Below are positions 1 to 8,627 of a stretch of DNA of 64,000 nt, piece by piece. The stretch spans positions 1 to 64,000 of the IMG/VR virus record IMGVR_UViG_3300029267_002158, one strand, 5' to 3'. The stretch's first letter is position 1; the number at the start of each line of letters is the position of its first letter. The position numbers were made by a program, and so were the translations under genes. Below the pieces are notes generated by a model. The model saw nothing but the letters and a program-made list of their open reading frames with translations. It did no database searches and had not been told where the DNA came from. The stretch is from a virus.

Positions 1-237
1 TACCTTGATAGCTTTAGCTATTGCTTTCTGAGGGACCACGCTGAGATCGGTGAACTGTACCTCAACCATGTAATTGTCATCCCAGCCCGCGCCGCTGGTG
101 TTGTTCATTTGAATGACAAGGTACTTGCCGCCATTCAAATGGCGATACCACGCCCCGTCATAGTCTTTAAAGTCTGCATCCCCGGTCAACCACGACCAGC
201 CGGCCATAAGACTTTTCTCAAGATAATGATCTTCCAT
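1..237 (-). CDS. Hypothetical protein, partial (runs off window edge); paralog of 327..947
   Basis: Not in ORF track. ATG at 237 with SD AAAAGGGG; open to base 1: MEDHYLEKSLMAGWSWLTGDADFKDYDGAWYRH..., near-identical N-terminus to 327..947. Confidence 0.8.
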   Translation of the reverse strand, partial: MEDHYLEKSLMAGWSWLTGDADFKDYDGAWYRHLNGGKYLVIQMNNTSGAGWDDNYMVEVQFTDLSVVPQKAIAKAIKV

Positions 238-274
238 TGGTTTTCCCCTTTTTGCTGTTTTTTGCTCATTAGTA

Positions 275-309
275 TCTACCATCGCCGTGCATATCACGGC
301 GATGGTAGA
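275..309. repeat. Perfect 15-bp inverted repeat (intergenic hairpin)
   Basis: TCTACCATCGCCGTG-catat-CACGGCGATGGTAGA. Confidence 0.9.
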
Positions 310-326
310 CATTGAGGGCAAAAAAC

Positions 327-947
327 CTATTCCTGTCTCATTTCATCGCCCAGTGTCTCGACAGCGCTGATCAACTCCTCACTTGCACCAAAGATCTTGG
401 CGCACAGTTTAGCAGCAGGGTCGTGGTTCATAACCCCCCGCACCATAGCGGATTTAATATCCCCACGCGCCAACTCGCGAGCCGTTGACCCAAGGGCATT
501 GACAGGTCTGCTTAACATGGTTTCTCGATATAGCGGCGATTTTTCCATTTCTCGGCTCTCTCTCTTTGCCATCCTGAGGAGCCTTCTGTAATTGTTACCC
601 TCCCAGTCCCCCATATTTGCGACGACTCCATATGAGGACAGCATTTCTACCTTGGCAATCTTTGCGGCACGACCGTCGGTTGGCATGCCTTCCCAGCCAC
701 ATGACTCCATAGCATCGTTCAGCAAACTGGTTGGTACCTCCCTCAAATTTATCTCAGATAGCAATACCCAATACGTATAGGATGAATCATCCCCGCACGC
801 ATCTTTCATGTTAACAAGCTGGACAACATGAAAGACATCGGGAGCAATCTCGCGATACCACCTGCCGCCATATTCCACAAAGCCCACGTCTCCGGTCAGC
901 CACGACCAGCCAGCCATAAGACTCTTTTCAAGATAATGATCTTTCAT
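327..947 (-). CDS. Hypothetical phage protein (206 aa)
   Basis: Long ORF, SD AAAAGGGGG before ATG, paralog next door. Confidence 0.85.
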   Translation of the reverse strand: MKDHYLEKSLMAGWSWLTGDVGFVEYGGRWYREIAPDVFHVVQLVNMKDACGDDSSYTYWVLLSEINLREVPTSLLNDAMESCGWEGMPTDGRAAKIAKVEMLSSYGVVANMGDWEGNNYRRLLRMAKRESREMEKSPLYRETMLSRPVNALGSTARELARGDIKSAMVRGVMNHDPAAKLCAKIFGASEELISAVETLGDEMRQE

Positions 948-994
948 CGATCTTCCCCCTTTTGGGCCCGCCTTGCGACAGGCCCGATACCATA

Positions 995-1165
995 CTACTC
1001 TGATAAGCCTGGCTTCTTTTTCAAGAATAAGCCGGAGTTAGCCTTGCCCCAGTATACAAGCTGAGTTAAGAACTCCTTTTTCAGCTTGTATGTCCCCGGG
1101 CCCGACCATACGAGAGGGTGATCCTTGTAGTACCCGTTCGGTTCTACCATTTCATACTCTACCAT
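995..1165 (-). CDS. Small hypothetical protein (56 aa)
   Basis: Below ORF-track cutoff; SD GAAGGGGGG, MVEYEMVEPNGYYKDHPLVWSGPGTYKL...; fills the gap between two hairpins. Confidence 0.6.
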   Translation of the reverse strand: MVEYEMVEPNGYYKDHPLVWSGPGTYKLKKEFLTQLVYWGKANSGLFLKKKPGLSE

Positions 1166-1250
1166 TCAATACCCCCCTTCATTTGGGATAAACTTGGGAT
1201 AAACTATGGTGGATGGTAGAGGGAGATTAGGTCCCCCTCTACCATTGCCC

Positions 1251-1595
1251 TTAGGAGCGGTAGTAATATTCTTCTGGGAGATCATATGCCAGCAATGGCC
1301 CATCTCCAGGGCTTTGCAAGTCCCCCGCTCCGGGGTAGCACGGGCTACACGGATAACACCATGTGGTCACTGGGGATATGACAACGGTTATATACCCTGT
1401 TTCGTGATCCCAAACGGCGCAAAATTTAGCATCGGCCATTAACGAGATCCTGCCCTTATTGTCCATCTGCCAGTCCCCAACGTACGATACCAGCATATCA
1501 TCATAGTCGTCATAGTCGCAGAACGCTGTTTCTGTTATCATCGCGTCTATATCGGCCTTGTTCTGATGCTGTACGCCATGTACGACATTACGCAT
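1251..1595 (-). CDS. Hypothetical phage protein with CxxCxPCYPGAGDL motif
   Basis: ORF, SD AAGGGGAG, Cys cluster WCYPCSPCYPGAGDL. Confidence 0.8.
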   Translation of the reverse strand: MRNVVHGVQHQNKADIDAMITETAFCDYDDYDDMLVSYVGDWQMDNKGRISLMADAKFCAVWDHETGYITVVISPVTTWCYPCSPCYPGAGDLQSPGDGPLLAYDLPEEYYYRS

Positions 1596-1643
1596 GACTA
1601 CTCCCCTTTAGTAGGGGAGGGCTCTCACCCCCCCCTTATTAAA

Positions 1644-2249
1644 CTAGTCTGCCTTCATCCAGGCGGTTTCCTGATCAATCGCATCTCTGAGCCACTTTGC
1701 TGCCAAGTGGTATTCTACACTGGAGACGAACCCTTGCTCTGATGTGGCGAGAGCGACGTATTTACTTTCTAGGCCAAATAATCTCCTTTCTTCTTCATCT
1801 ACCTCAAACACGGGTATTGGCCCCAGGATGTTGTCATAGATGGTAAAACTCTCCATACCGTTTAGAGCCATGTCGTAAAAGTATGGCGTACACTCCATTT
1901 CCCCCTCGAACATCCCAGGAGAAGTAATAATGTCCCATTCGTTGATCTGGAGCCCCTTCACGACCTCTATTAGTCTCTTTTCCTGTGGCGAAAAGGGGAG
2001 ACCGAGACCTTCTGTTATTTCTCTGGTATCAAGTGGCCCAAACGAGCCACTATCACACAATATTGATTTTCCCCCCTCTGTTTTGATTGCTACCCAAGGC
2101 CCGTCCATTCCGAAAGCATTCATTAGCTTTCTTATTGTGGGTGTTGCTATATATACCTCTACTCTCCAGTCATCGTCTGATGACATTACAAAATCTGGGA
2201 ACCTGCCGAACCTCTGTGTCTTTTCTAGTAGTATCTTGTTTTCTGACAC
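1644..2249 (-). CDS. Hypothetical protein (201 aa)
   Basis: ORF with GTG start and SD AAGGGGG, abuts the upstream gene. Confidence 0.8.
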   Translation of the reverse strand: MSENKILLEKTQRFGRFPDFVMSSDDDWRVEVYIATPTIRKLMNAFGMDGPWVAIKTEGGKSILCDSGSFGPLDTREITEGLGLPFSPQEKRLIEVVKGLQINEWDIITSPGMFEGEMECTPYFYDMALNGMESFTIYDNILGPIPVFEVDEEERRLFGLESKYVALATSEQGFVSSVEYHLAAKWLRDAIDQETAWMKAD

Positions 2250-2462
2250 TTATTCCCCCTTAGTTCGTGCTCTCTCGGCTCTATATTCCTTCATCGCTCC
2301 ATTTACTGCCGTCTTTACCAGCCAGCCAATAATCGTTACTACTCCTAGCGCAATCCGGAGTATAGGAACGACGATTAAGCAAAGAACAACATACGCCAAG
2401 ACTGCTATCACTAAATTCCCCGCCGTGGCACGTAACACATCCCCAAACTTGGCTTGCATCAT
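2250..2462 (-). CDS. Small membrane protein, first gene after the leftward promoter
   Basis: Hydrophobic stretch LVIAVLAYVVLCLIVVPIL; AGGAG SD before ATG at 2462. Confidence 0.65.
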   Translation of the reverse strand: MMQAKFGDVLRATAGNLVIAVLAYVVLCLIVVPILRIALGVVTIIGWLVKTAVNGAMKEYRAERARTKGE

Positions 2463-2605
2463 TTGAGTTCTCCTATTCAATTCTTAAGGTACTTGGTGTA
2501 CGAAAATAGCGCTTGTGTCAGAATTTAGTTAAGCCTGTTTATTGTTTTCTTCTGTCTATCTGCCCTCCCTTGTTTTCTGGTCGAACGTTTTTTCAATCTG
2601 GTAAG

Positions 2606-2634
2606 ATTATATCACAGAACTGACTTCTTGTCAA
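2606..2634 (-). promoter_or_regulatory. Consensus sigma70/SigA-type promoter (leftward)
   Basis: TTGACA-17 nt-TATAAT with TGn extended -10 on the minus strand. Confidence 0.9.
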
Positions 2635-2727
2635 TAGGTTTTTAAGAAAACGCATATAGACTTTTTTACTTTTAAGGTTTCTTATGCAAAGCCCCCCTTA
2701 CCGGGTAACAGGTAGGGTATCAACTCG

Positions 2728-2820
2728 GTCTCGTTTCGTGTAGTCAAGGGAACAGGAGAGACCTGGTCTCGTTTCGTGTAGTCAGAAAGAGGACGGCCCC
2801 AGTCTCGTTTCGTGTAGTCA
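2728..2820. repeat. Three exact 19-bp direct repeats GTCTCGTTTCGTGTAGTCA
   Basis: Copies start at 2728, 2766, 2802 (periods 38 and 36 nt) in a ~790-nt non-coding gap. Confidence 0.95.
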
Positions 2821-3257
2821 TCCCCCCTTCAGAAAATGGCGCGCGCCAGACGGGGCCTACGATCATATCGATTTTTTTTTCGCCACTTTTTTTCAATAGG
2901 GGAGAGGTAGTAATAAAATTTTTCTAATTGCCGAAGCAATACAAGAACGCGCACAGGAGCAAGCGCAAAGAAGTGCGTAGGGTACAAAGGGATATATGAG
3001 ACTAGAAACTAGCGTTAAACTGTGCTTACGGGGCAGACTGAGGTCGTTATATAGTCAGAATGTAGGGTGTTACAGGGGATATACGGGGTAGTGTATACCC
3101 CCTGTATACGAGTTAATCGGTGTACGTGATTCGCCATATGACTGCTACGGCGAAAAAGTAGCCAAGGATTCCTTTTAAGTGGTACCTCATCCTGTCGATT
3201 CTATGTACAGTGCAAGCCAGTGTTCATCGATCCCTTTGACTGATAATCGGCTAAGCA

Positions 3258-3773
3258 TCACCAATTCCTTTCCATGTCATTGATCGTCATGTTTCCGTCT
3301 ATAAGATCCTTGACAAAGCTCTTCCCTCGTCGCAGACCTTCCTTGTAGCTCCTCGCAGAGATGTCGCGTATGGCTTGCAGTAAGTTGCTTGCAGCTTGCA
3401 GCTTCTCTTCTGTCACCTTGGCTATGTATTCGTCTCCAAGCTCGTTATGCAGCCCTTTTATGTAGCCCAGACTCGCATTTGGCTTGTAACCTCCCTTTGT
3501 AGCCTCAATGAGAATGAGTACAGCCTCTTTTATCTCCCTTGAGGCATTGCTGTTCTTTGCGATTCCTGTGTAATGACCAAAATTCCAATTCCGCGCAACA
3601 GAAATTGTGATGGGGCCGTCGTCACTATCTTTCAGCAAACAGTATTCGCGGCCAGCCTTCACATCCCTTCGACACCTTGTGCAAATGTGGTCCCAATCAT
3701 ACGTCATTTGACCACATAACACGCACGGGTGCGAATCGCGCCTCCGTCTTTTTCTTCTGCTAAAGCCTGTCAT
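3258..3773 (-). CDS. Hypothetical protein with N-terminal Zn finger
   Basis: CVLC...ICTRC; SD GAGGTG. Confidence 0.75.
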   Translation of the reverse strand: MTGFSRRKRRRRDSHPCVLCGQMTYDWDHICTRCRRDVKAGREYCLLKDSDDGPITISVARNWNFGHYTGIAKNSNASREIKEAVLILIEATKGGYKPNASLGYIKGLHNELGDEYIAKVTEEKLQAASNLLQAIRDISARSYKEGLRRGKSFVKDLIDGNMTINDMERNW

Positions 3774-3781
3774 GCGTCACC

Positions 3782-3970
3782 TCAATTTTGAGTATTTAGG
3801 GTGCTTATTACATTGCTGTACGGAAGAACAGCTAACTGCATCTCGCTGCTGTGCAGGAAATAAGTTTTGTTATCGCTACATATAACCTCGTAGAGTTCTC
3901 CGACACCAATAACAAGACCCATCTCTTTCGTCTCACGGATGATTACTATGTTGCCCTCCTTAAATTCCAC
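3782..3970 (-). CDS. Small hypothetical protein (SH3/KOW-like beta pattern)
   Basis: FKEGNIVII...GLVIGV...YEV; packed in operon. Confidence 0.6.
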   Translation of the reverse strand: MEFKEGNIVIIRETKEMGLVIGVGELYEVICSDNKTYFLHSSEMQLAVLPYSNVISTLNTQN

Positions 3971-4229
3971 GCGCCCTCACAGTCGATGTGTATGTAAACA
4001 CGCTTGACAGCGAGTACACCTGGGCTTTGAGACCACTCTCTCCTTCTACTTCTTCTGCGCCCCCACTCTCGTCCCCGACAAGGAGATCGTCTGTTGGCTC
4101 GCTCAGGAGAATTACCTTGCCGTTGCTGAGACCAATTTCAGCAAGGTAGTCGTGACCATCAGTCTTCTCCACTGAAATGTATTCGATCTTTTGACCAAGG
4201 GTCATTTTTGCTACGTCATGAACGTTCAT
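3960..4229 (-). CDS. Hypothetical protein
   Basis: ORF coupled by overlaps to neighbours. Confidence 0.6.
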   Translation of the reverse strand: MNVHDVAKMTLGQKIEYISVEKTDGHDYLAEIGLSNGKVILLSEPTDDLLVGDESGGAEEVEGESGLKAQVYSLSSVFTYTSTVRARGI

Positions 4230-4537
4230 CTTATTGATGTCTCCATTTCTATCTTTTCTCGCAACTCGTCAAGACTTGCTTTTCCATCCGCAACATCACG
4301 TGCCTGAAATTCTGTGCTGACTGTAAATGCAGGAGTTGACACCTCCATCCCGACCTTGTCGAAGCACGTTCTGAACGAGAGACTGAACACGTTCGTTAGC
4401 CAAAGCACCTTGCCTATCATCTCGACTAACTTTGTCGTGAACCTCTCCCAATTCGTTAGCTCTCCATTGCGTATCTCTGATAGACTTTCTATCCGCCATC
4501 CCTCTACGCTCCTGGTCAACTTCGTTTCACTCTTCAT
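4226..4537 (-). CDS. Hypothetical protein; probable distant paralog of 5241..5603
   Basis: Shares VLWLTNVFSLSF / ILWMTDVSSLSF and SLDELREKI / ALDKLQGDI segments with 5241..5603. Confidence 0.65.
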   Translation of the reverse strand: MKSETKLTRSVEGWRIESLSEIRNGELTNWERFTTKLVEMIGKVLWLTNVFSLSFRTCFDKVGMEVSTPAFTVSTEFQARDVADGKASLDELREKIEMETSIR

Positions 4538-4784
4538 CGTACCTCAGCGTGGTGGTGGAGATGTTTTGCAATGATGGGCGCGTAGTCTCAACCACAGTGT
4601 ATCTTTGCCACGGCAAGGTACTTGTCCTCTCCACTGCCTCTGGCCCCTTGCACCGCTCAGCAGCGTATGTGATATTCGCATTACCGCCAGGACTTCCGAG
4701 ATGAATCCTGGAACCATCGTCGAAGCTGATTGCATAAACACGCTTGCCAAGAATGAACTTCTTGGCCGCCTCGTGCTGATTCAT
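4527..4784 (-). CDS. Hypothetical protein
   Basis: ORF; likely ATG at 4784 (GGGGGAG SD, ATGA overlap). Confidence 0.5.
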   Translation of the reverse strand: MNQHEAAKKFILGKRVYAISFDDGSRIHLGSPGGNANITYAAERCKGPEAVERTSTLPWQRYTVVETTRPSLQNISTTTLRYDEE

Positions 4785-5101
4785 GCTCCCCCCATTTTCT
4801 TTATTGCCATATGCGACACCCAAGGTGTCTTGGGGCTCACGATATTTGAGACATCTGACACAAACCCAACAACATCGCGCACGTTGAGTTCGATGACAAC
4901 GCGCTCACCCGCAGTGTCTATTACGCTTGTGTCGAAGTAGTGAGATGCAATGGCGGAAAGTGAGCCAAATTCACCAACGAGAGCTATCTCTTTTTCGCCG
5001 TCGTCGTAGCACACCTCGAAATACAGCAAGTGCTTGCCGAGACTATTAACCTTCCAACAGGATAGCTTCATGACCTGTCTTCTTTCTCGCCTTTTGCCCA
5101 T
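4781..5101 (-). CDS. Hypothetical protein
   Basis: ORF in tightly packed leftward operon; start uncertain. Confidence 0.55.
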   Translation of the reverse strand: MGKRRERRQVMKLSCWKVNSLGKHLLYFEVCYDDGEKEIALVGEFGSLSAIASHYFDTSVIDTAGERVVIELNVRDVVGFVSDVSNIVSPKTPWVSHMAIKKMGGA

Positions 5102-5259
5102 TTGTTCATCTGATTAATGTAATACATCGTCACCTCTCTCTCCGCTCTGATGGACGCGATGATGTATTGCCGAACAGTGTCTATGCCAGCACACTCGAAT
5201 AACCCAATCACCTCATCAGCAATCTCGGATGGCGTTTTCGTTAATGTGGGCGCTGCCAT
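5068..5259 (-). CDS. Hypothetical protein
   Basis: ORF with GAGGGAG SD. Confidence 0.6.
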   Translation of the reverse strand: MAAPTLTKTPSEIADEVIGLFECAGIDTVRQYIIASIRAEREVTMYYINQMNKWAKGEKEDRS

Positions 5260-5603
5260 ATTTCCTCCCTCTCATTTGTGATCACCGCCTTCTTTATGTC
5301 TCCCTGGAGCTTGTCGAGCGCATAGCTGCGCGATAAGATTTCTTGAACACATATCGTTTGCGTCACGCCACGCGGGCAACTGAACTTATCTGAATACACA
5401 CGGATGTTAACGTTGACTCCGTTCTCTAAGACAAACGATAAAGAGCTGACATCAGTCATCCAGAGTATATCACTTGCCATTACCATCAACTGCGCCTTGA
5501 TTTCTGCAAACTCCAAAAACCAGTTTGCCTTAATCCTGCCGATCTCGCTGACTACGTATTCCCCACCTGGGACTTTCTCGAAATTAATCTTTATTTTCAT
5601 CAC
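5241..5603 (-). CDS. Hypothetical protein; probable paralog of 4226..4537
   Basis: ORF, shared LW(L/M)TxVxSLSF motif. Confidence 0.65.
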   Translation of the reverse strand: MMKIKINFEKVPGGEYVVSEIGRIKANWFLEFAEIKAQLMVMASDILWMTDVSSLSFVLENGVNVNIRVYSDKFSCPRGVTQTICVQEILSRSYALDKLQGDIKKAVITNEREEIWQRPH

Positions 5604-5883
5604 GCGCCTCAGTATTTTTAAACACCACCTCTATGACAGGCGCGTCGAAGAAGTCAAGCTGTTCCAAGTCCCACTTGACACAATCTGAACACTTGACCTT
5701 AACAGAGCTCGCTTTCCCTTTCTTCATTCCAATCCTCCAGTACCAGCCTGATTGCATAATAGTCAAGATTTATAGGTGGGCAAATCGCGGAGCTAATTGG
5801 CAAACAGGCAAAAGTGATAATACATGCTGCCTCGATCAGCTCCGCGATTATACTTGTGGCCTCCTTGACGAATAAGATGTCCC

Positions 5884-6219
5884 TTACAGAAACAGTACTG
5901 TTTCTGCGTACACGCTGTAGTCAGCGTGTGGTTTCCCAGCATTGTCGTACCAGATATTTGGCGCGCCATCCTTGCCAGGGTCAAGACGGCCACTTACAAA
6001 TACCGCCCTGCCTTTCCTGCCCATCTCTTTGCAAATCTTAGCCAGGGACCCAACTGCCAAAACCCTGTACCATGTCACCTTCTCTACCTTCTCACCCTTT
6101 TTGTAGTAGGTGTGATTAGAAGCAGCGGAGAAGTCACAGTACGGCGTCCCATTTCTATCGTATGTCAACTTCGGATCTCTTCCTAGATTCCCCAGAAACC
6201 ACAATTGCCCAGCATGCAC
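5884..6219 (-). CDS. ssb: Single-stranded DNA-binding protein (OB fold, no acidic tail)
   Basis: LGNLGRDPKLTY..NGTP...F..A.N...TWYRV...KGRAVFVSGRL SSB signature. Confidence 0.9.
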   Translation of the reverse strand: MHAGQLWFLGNLGRDPKLTYDRNGTPYCDFSAASNHTYYKKGEKVEKVTWYRVLAVGSLAKICKEMGRKGRAVFVSGRLDPGKDGAPNIWYDNAGKPHADYSVYAETVLFL

Positions 6220-6223
6220 TTCG

Positions 6224-6496
6224 TTATCCTTTCAATAATAGTCTTTTCGCCAGGTCGTAATATCCCATTGCGCTCAATGCACCAGCAATGGAATACACAA
6301 CTAGTTCTACCCACAACACCACAGAGGGGTCAAGCAGCCCTTGCCCAATTGCTTGCGCCAACCCGACGAACGAAAAGCCCAAAACCAACGCCAGGACTTG
6401 ACTCCACTTGCCATTGAGACCAAAACTCTTTGCAGCCTCAACGATGCCGACAATGAGCAACGGGATACTTATAACACCAATTTGGATGTTATCCAT
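6224..6496 (-). CDS. Putative holin-like small membrane protein
   Basis: Three hydrophobic segments, LIVGIVEAAK...GALSAMGYYDLAK; AGGAGGTGA SD before ATG 6496. Confidence 0.6.
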   Translation of the reverse strand: MDNIQIGVISIPLLIVGIVEAAKSFGLNGKWSQVLALVLGFSFVGLAQAIGQGLLDPSVVLWVELVVYSIAGALSAMGYYDLAKRLLLKG

Positions 6497-6734
6497 GTTT
6501 ATCACCTCCTTTCTCATCTGAGAATGCTAGTACGCCAACAAAGAGACTGATAATTGCGGTAATGACGAACCAAAACCAGTCAACGTCGGCATTGATTGTT
6601 ACAAGCAAAAGCAAGAACAAGAACGTGAGCCATCCAAGCACCCCGACCACTTCTATCACAAGCTCAACTCTCCTTCCCCGTCTGATATTCTCAATACCTG
6701 ACGGGCAATCATGTGGCGCTTTGGCGGTCGCCAT
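6489..6734 (-). CDS. Small two-TM membrane protein (start uncertain)
   Basis: Two strongly hydrophobic helices. Confidence 0.55.
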   Translation of the reverse strand: MATAKAPHDCPSGIENIRRGRRVELVIEVVGVLGWLTFLFLLLLVTINADVDWFWFVITAIISLFVGVLAFSDEKGGDKHG

Positions 6735-6946
6735 GCTTTTACAACTTGTGACTTTGGGATTATAACATATCCCGAACGGTGAACAAGCTTCAGCGCCGCC
6801 TCAAGTGTCATTTCCTTCTCGATGTAATAAGTCAACATCGAGTTGCGATCCCATTCCTTGCCTGTATACCTTGCCCTTCCGTCGTTCCGTGACTCACGGT
6901 GTATCTGTCTGGCCGCAGCCTCTAAGATACTACCTACGTTTTCCAT
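6656..6946 (-). CDS. Hypothetical protein
   Basis: GGAGG SD before ATG 6946 (MENVGS...). Confidence 0.5.
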   Translation of the reverse strand: MENVGSILEAAARQIHRESRNDGRARYTGKEWDRNSMLTYYIEKEMTLEAALKLVHRSGYVIIPKSQVVKAWRPPKRHMIARQVLRISDGEGELSL

Positions 6947-7097
6947 AGGACCTCCAGTGTTTGTGAGATTTCTTTTCGTTCCTAGCAAAAGCCAGCCCAT
7001 CCCTGATTGCCTTTAGTTTTTTAGAGCGTCGCACGATCCGCATGAAGCGCCCTCGCCCAATTCTCCCCTGTGAGTATTCTAAGTAATGACTCTTCAT
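6930..7097 (-). CDS. Small basic hypothetical protein
   Basis: GAGGAG SD, ATG at 7097 (MKSHYLEY...). Confidence 0.45.
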   Translation of the reverse strand: MKSHYLEYSQGRIGRGRFMRIVRRSKKLKAIRDGLAFARNEKKSHKHWRSYGKRR

Positions 7098-7306
7098 AAC
7101 AGCTCCTCCTCTTGCTTCGTGGTAACAAACTCTATCCACCCCGTGGCCCGCATGGTTTTAGCGCCTACTGACAAGTTGTGACTGACTACAGTTGCGCTTG
7201 TCAGCCCGCGCCCGTCCAGAATACTCTTCGGTGAAACACTCGATGTGTACGGAACGTCGAATAATATTCTGTGCCTTTTCGCAAATAAAACTCGCAAGAT
7301 ATTCAT
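7094..7306 (-). CDS. Hypothetical protein
   Basis: AAGGAGGT SD, ATG at 7306 (MNILRVLF...). Confidence 0.55.
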   Translation of the reverse strand: MNILRVLFAKRHRILFDVPYTSSVSPKSILDGRGLTSATVVSHNLSVGAKTMRATGWIEFVTTKQEEELL

Positions 7307-7752
7307 TTCAACCTCCTTATCCATGTTTTTGTAGTGTCGGCTAGGCAATGCAGTGCGTCTGCCATCGCCAACCCTACAAACACCCTTGGGATTGCCCACC
7401 AGGGAAATTCTATGCGCGCCATCCATGCAAATCCAACCAGGCACAATATTGGAAGACCGAGAACAACCGTGAATCTAATTACTGTAGATATGAACGGCGT
7501 GTGTGAAACCTTGTGCCTATGCGGGATTGCATCTTTGTAAACCTCAGTGAACCCTACGTAATCGAGAATAGGGTTCATTAAACCCCTTGGATCAACTAAG
7601 TCCAGATCTGGACTAACAGTTAAACCAATCAGTGCGCCAATTGGAATAGTTGCGTCACGCCAATCACCAGTGATAAACGGCGTGACGCAAAGCATTAACG
7701 CCATTCCCAAGGTTTGATTCCTGTGTCCAAACCTACCTCTATAGCTAGGCAT
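7303..7752 (-). CDS. DUF2227-like metal-binding membrane protein
   Basis: MPS...H, SPDLDL, IPHRxxxSHTP, DALHxxAD motifs with TM helices. Confidence 0.75.
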   Translation of the reverse strand: MPSYRGRFGHRNQTLGMALMLCVTPFITGDWRDATIPIGALIGLTVSPDLDLVDPRGLMNPILDYVGFTEVYKDAIPHRHKVSHTPFISTVIRFTVVLGLPILCLVGFAWMARIEFPWWAIPRVFVGLAMADALHCLADTTKTWIRRLK

Positions 7753-8422
7753 TTTTGGACTCCAAGATGATAATGCCTTGTCCATTCCTGGACTCGATCT
7801 TCCCAACTGACTCCAACTCTCTCAAGTAATTGTAAATGGTGTTTGAAGATACACCCAAGTACTTTGAAATATCTCCTACAGGGATTAAAGGATCTTGTGC
7901 AATCATCTCCAACATACCCCCAATCCTTTCCTCCTTTGTCTCAAACCTTTGGGTGTCTTGGGAAACTACTTTCAAGTCGGTTTCACCGTCTTGTAAAAAC
8001 GTGAATAGGTCTGTGCCAATAATTTCACTCAGTGCGAAAACGATGAGAGAGATTAACGCAGTCGAGACACCGCCTATTACAGCTTGTAGCCAGTCTATTT
8101 CACGTATTGTCACAGACGTTAAACCCTTTTGGTAAAAGGTTGTGAAACCTTCACTCGCATTGGCAATTGCAGAGACAAAGACAACCGCAATCAGGACAAA
8201 GTAGAAAAACGCTCTCTTTTGATCTTCGCCCTCCCGGCCAATCCTTAACGAAAGACTCACAACCGTTAACTCGATCCCAAACGCGCATACGTAGCCCACA
8301 ACGAAAGGTTCAACATATCGTGACAAGAGACCCCCGGTATGCACAAACGTGTAAATCAACAGCGGGACGAGCGACATCAGGCCCAAGACCGCACCAACCA
8401 CCTTCTCATTCTTCATCGCCAT
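7745..8422 (-). CDS. Four-TM membrane protein with C-terminal HTH (SpdA/DUF2637-like architecture)
   Basis: TM helices incl. VSAIAN; C-terminal ISKYLGVSSNTIYNYLRELESVGKI. Confidence 0.65.
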   Translation of the reverse strand: MAMKNEKVVGAVLGLMSLVPLLIYTFVHTGGLLSRYVEPFVVGYVCAFGIELTVVSLSLRIGREGEDQKRAFFYFVLIAVVFVSAIANASEGFTTFYQKGLTSVTIREIDWLQAVIGGVSTALISLIVFALSEIIGTDLFTFLQDGETDLKVVSQDTQRFETKEERIGGMLEMIAQDPLIPVGDISKYLGVSSNTIYNYLRELESVGKIESRNGQGIIILESKNA

Positions 8423-8627
8423 TCACTTTCACACTCATCGAAAATGGCCTGCCAACAGGCTTGTTGGCGGTAGCGCAGCGACTATGCACCCATTTTCCCC
8501 CGCTCGTTGTCCTCATGCTCTCGTCACGATAAATCACATTTTTGCAAATAACGCAACGCCTCTGGTAGCAAACAGGACATCTCCCATCAAATTCCTTCCA
8601 GCTATTGCAGTACACACACTTATTCAT
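8406..8627 (-). CDS. Small Cys-rich Zn-binding protein
   Basis: CVYC, CPVC, CVIC, HSRC. Confidence 0.6.
   Translation of the reverse strand: MNKCVYCNSWKEFDGRCPVCYQRRCVICKNVIYRDESMRTTSGGKWVHSRCATANKPVGRPFSMSVKVNGDEE

Noticed and set aside
2728-2820. Mini CRISPR array
   Set aside because: 19-bp repeats with 17-19-nt spacers are too short for CRISPR units, and no cas gene is in the window
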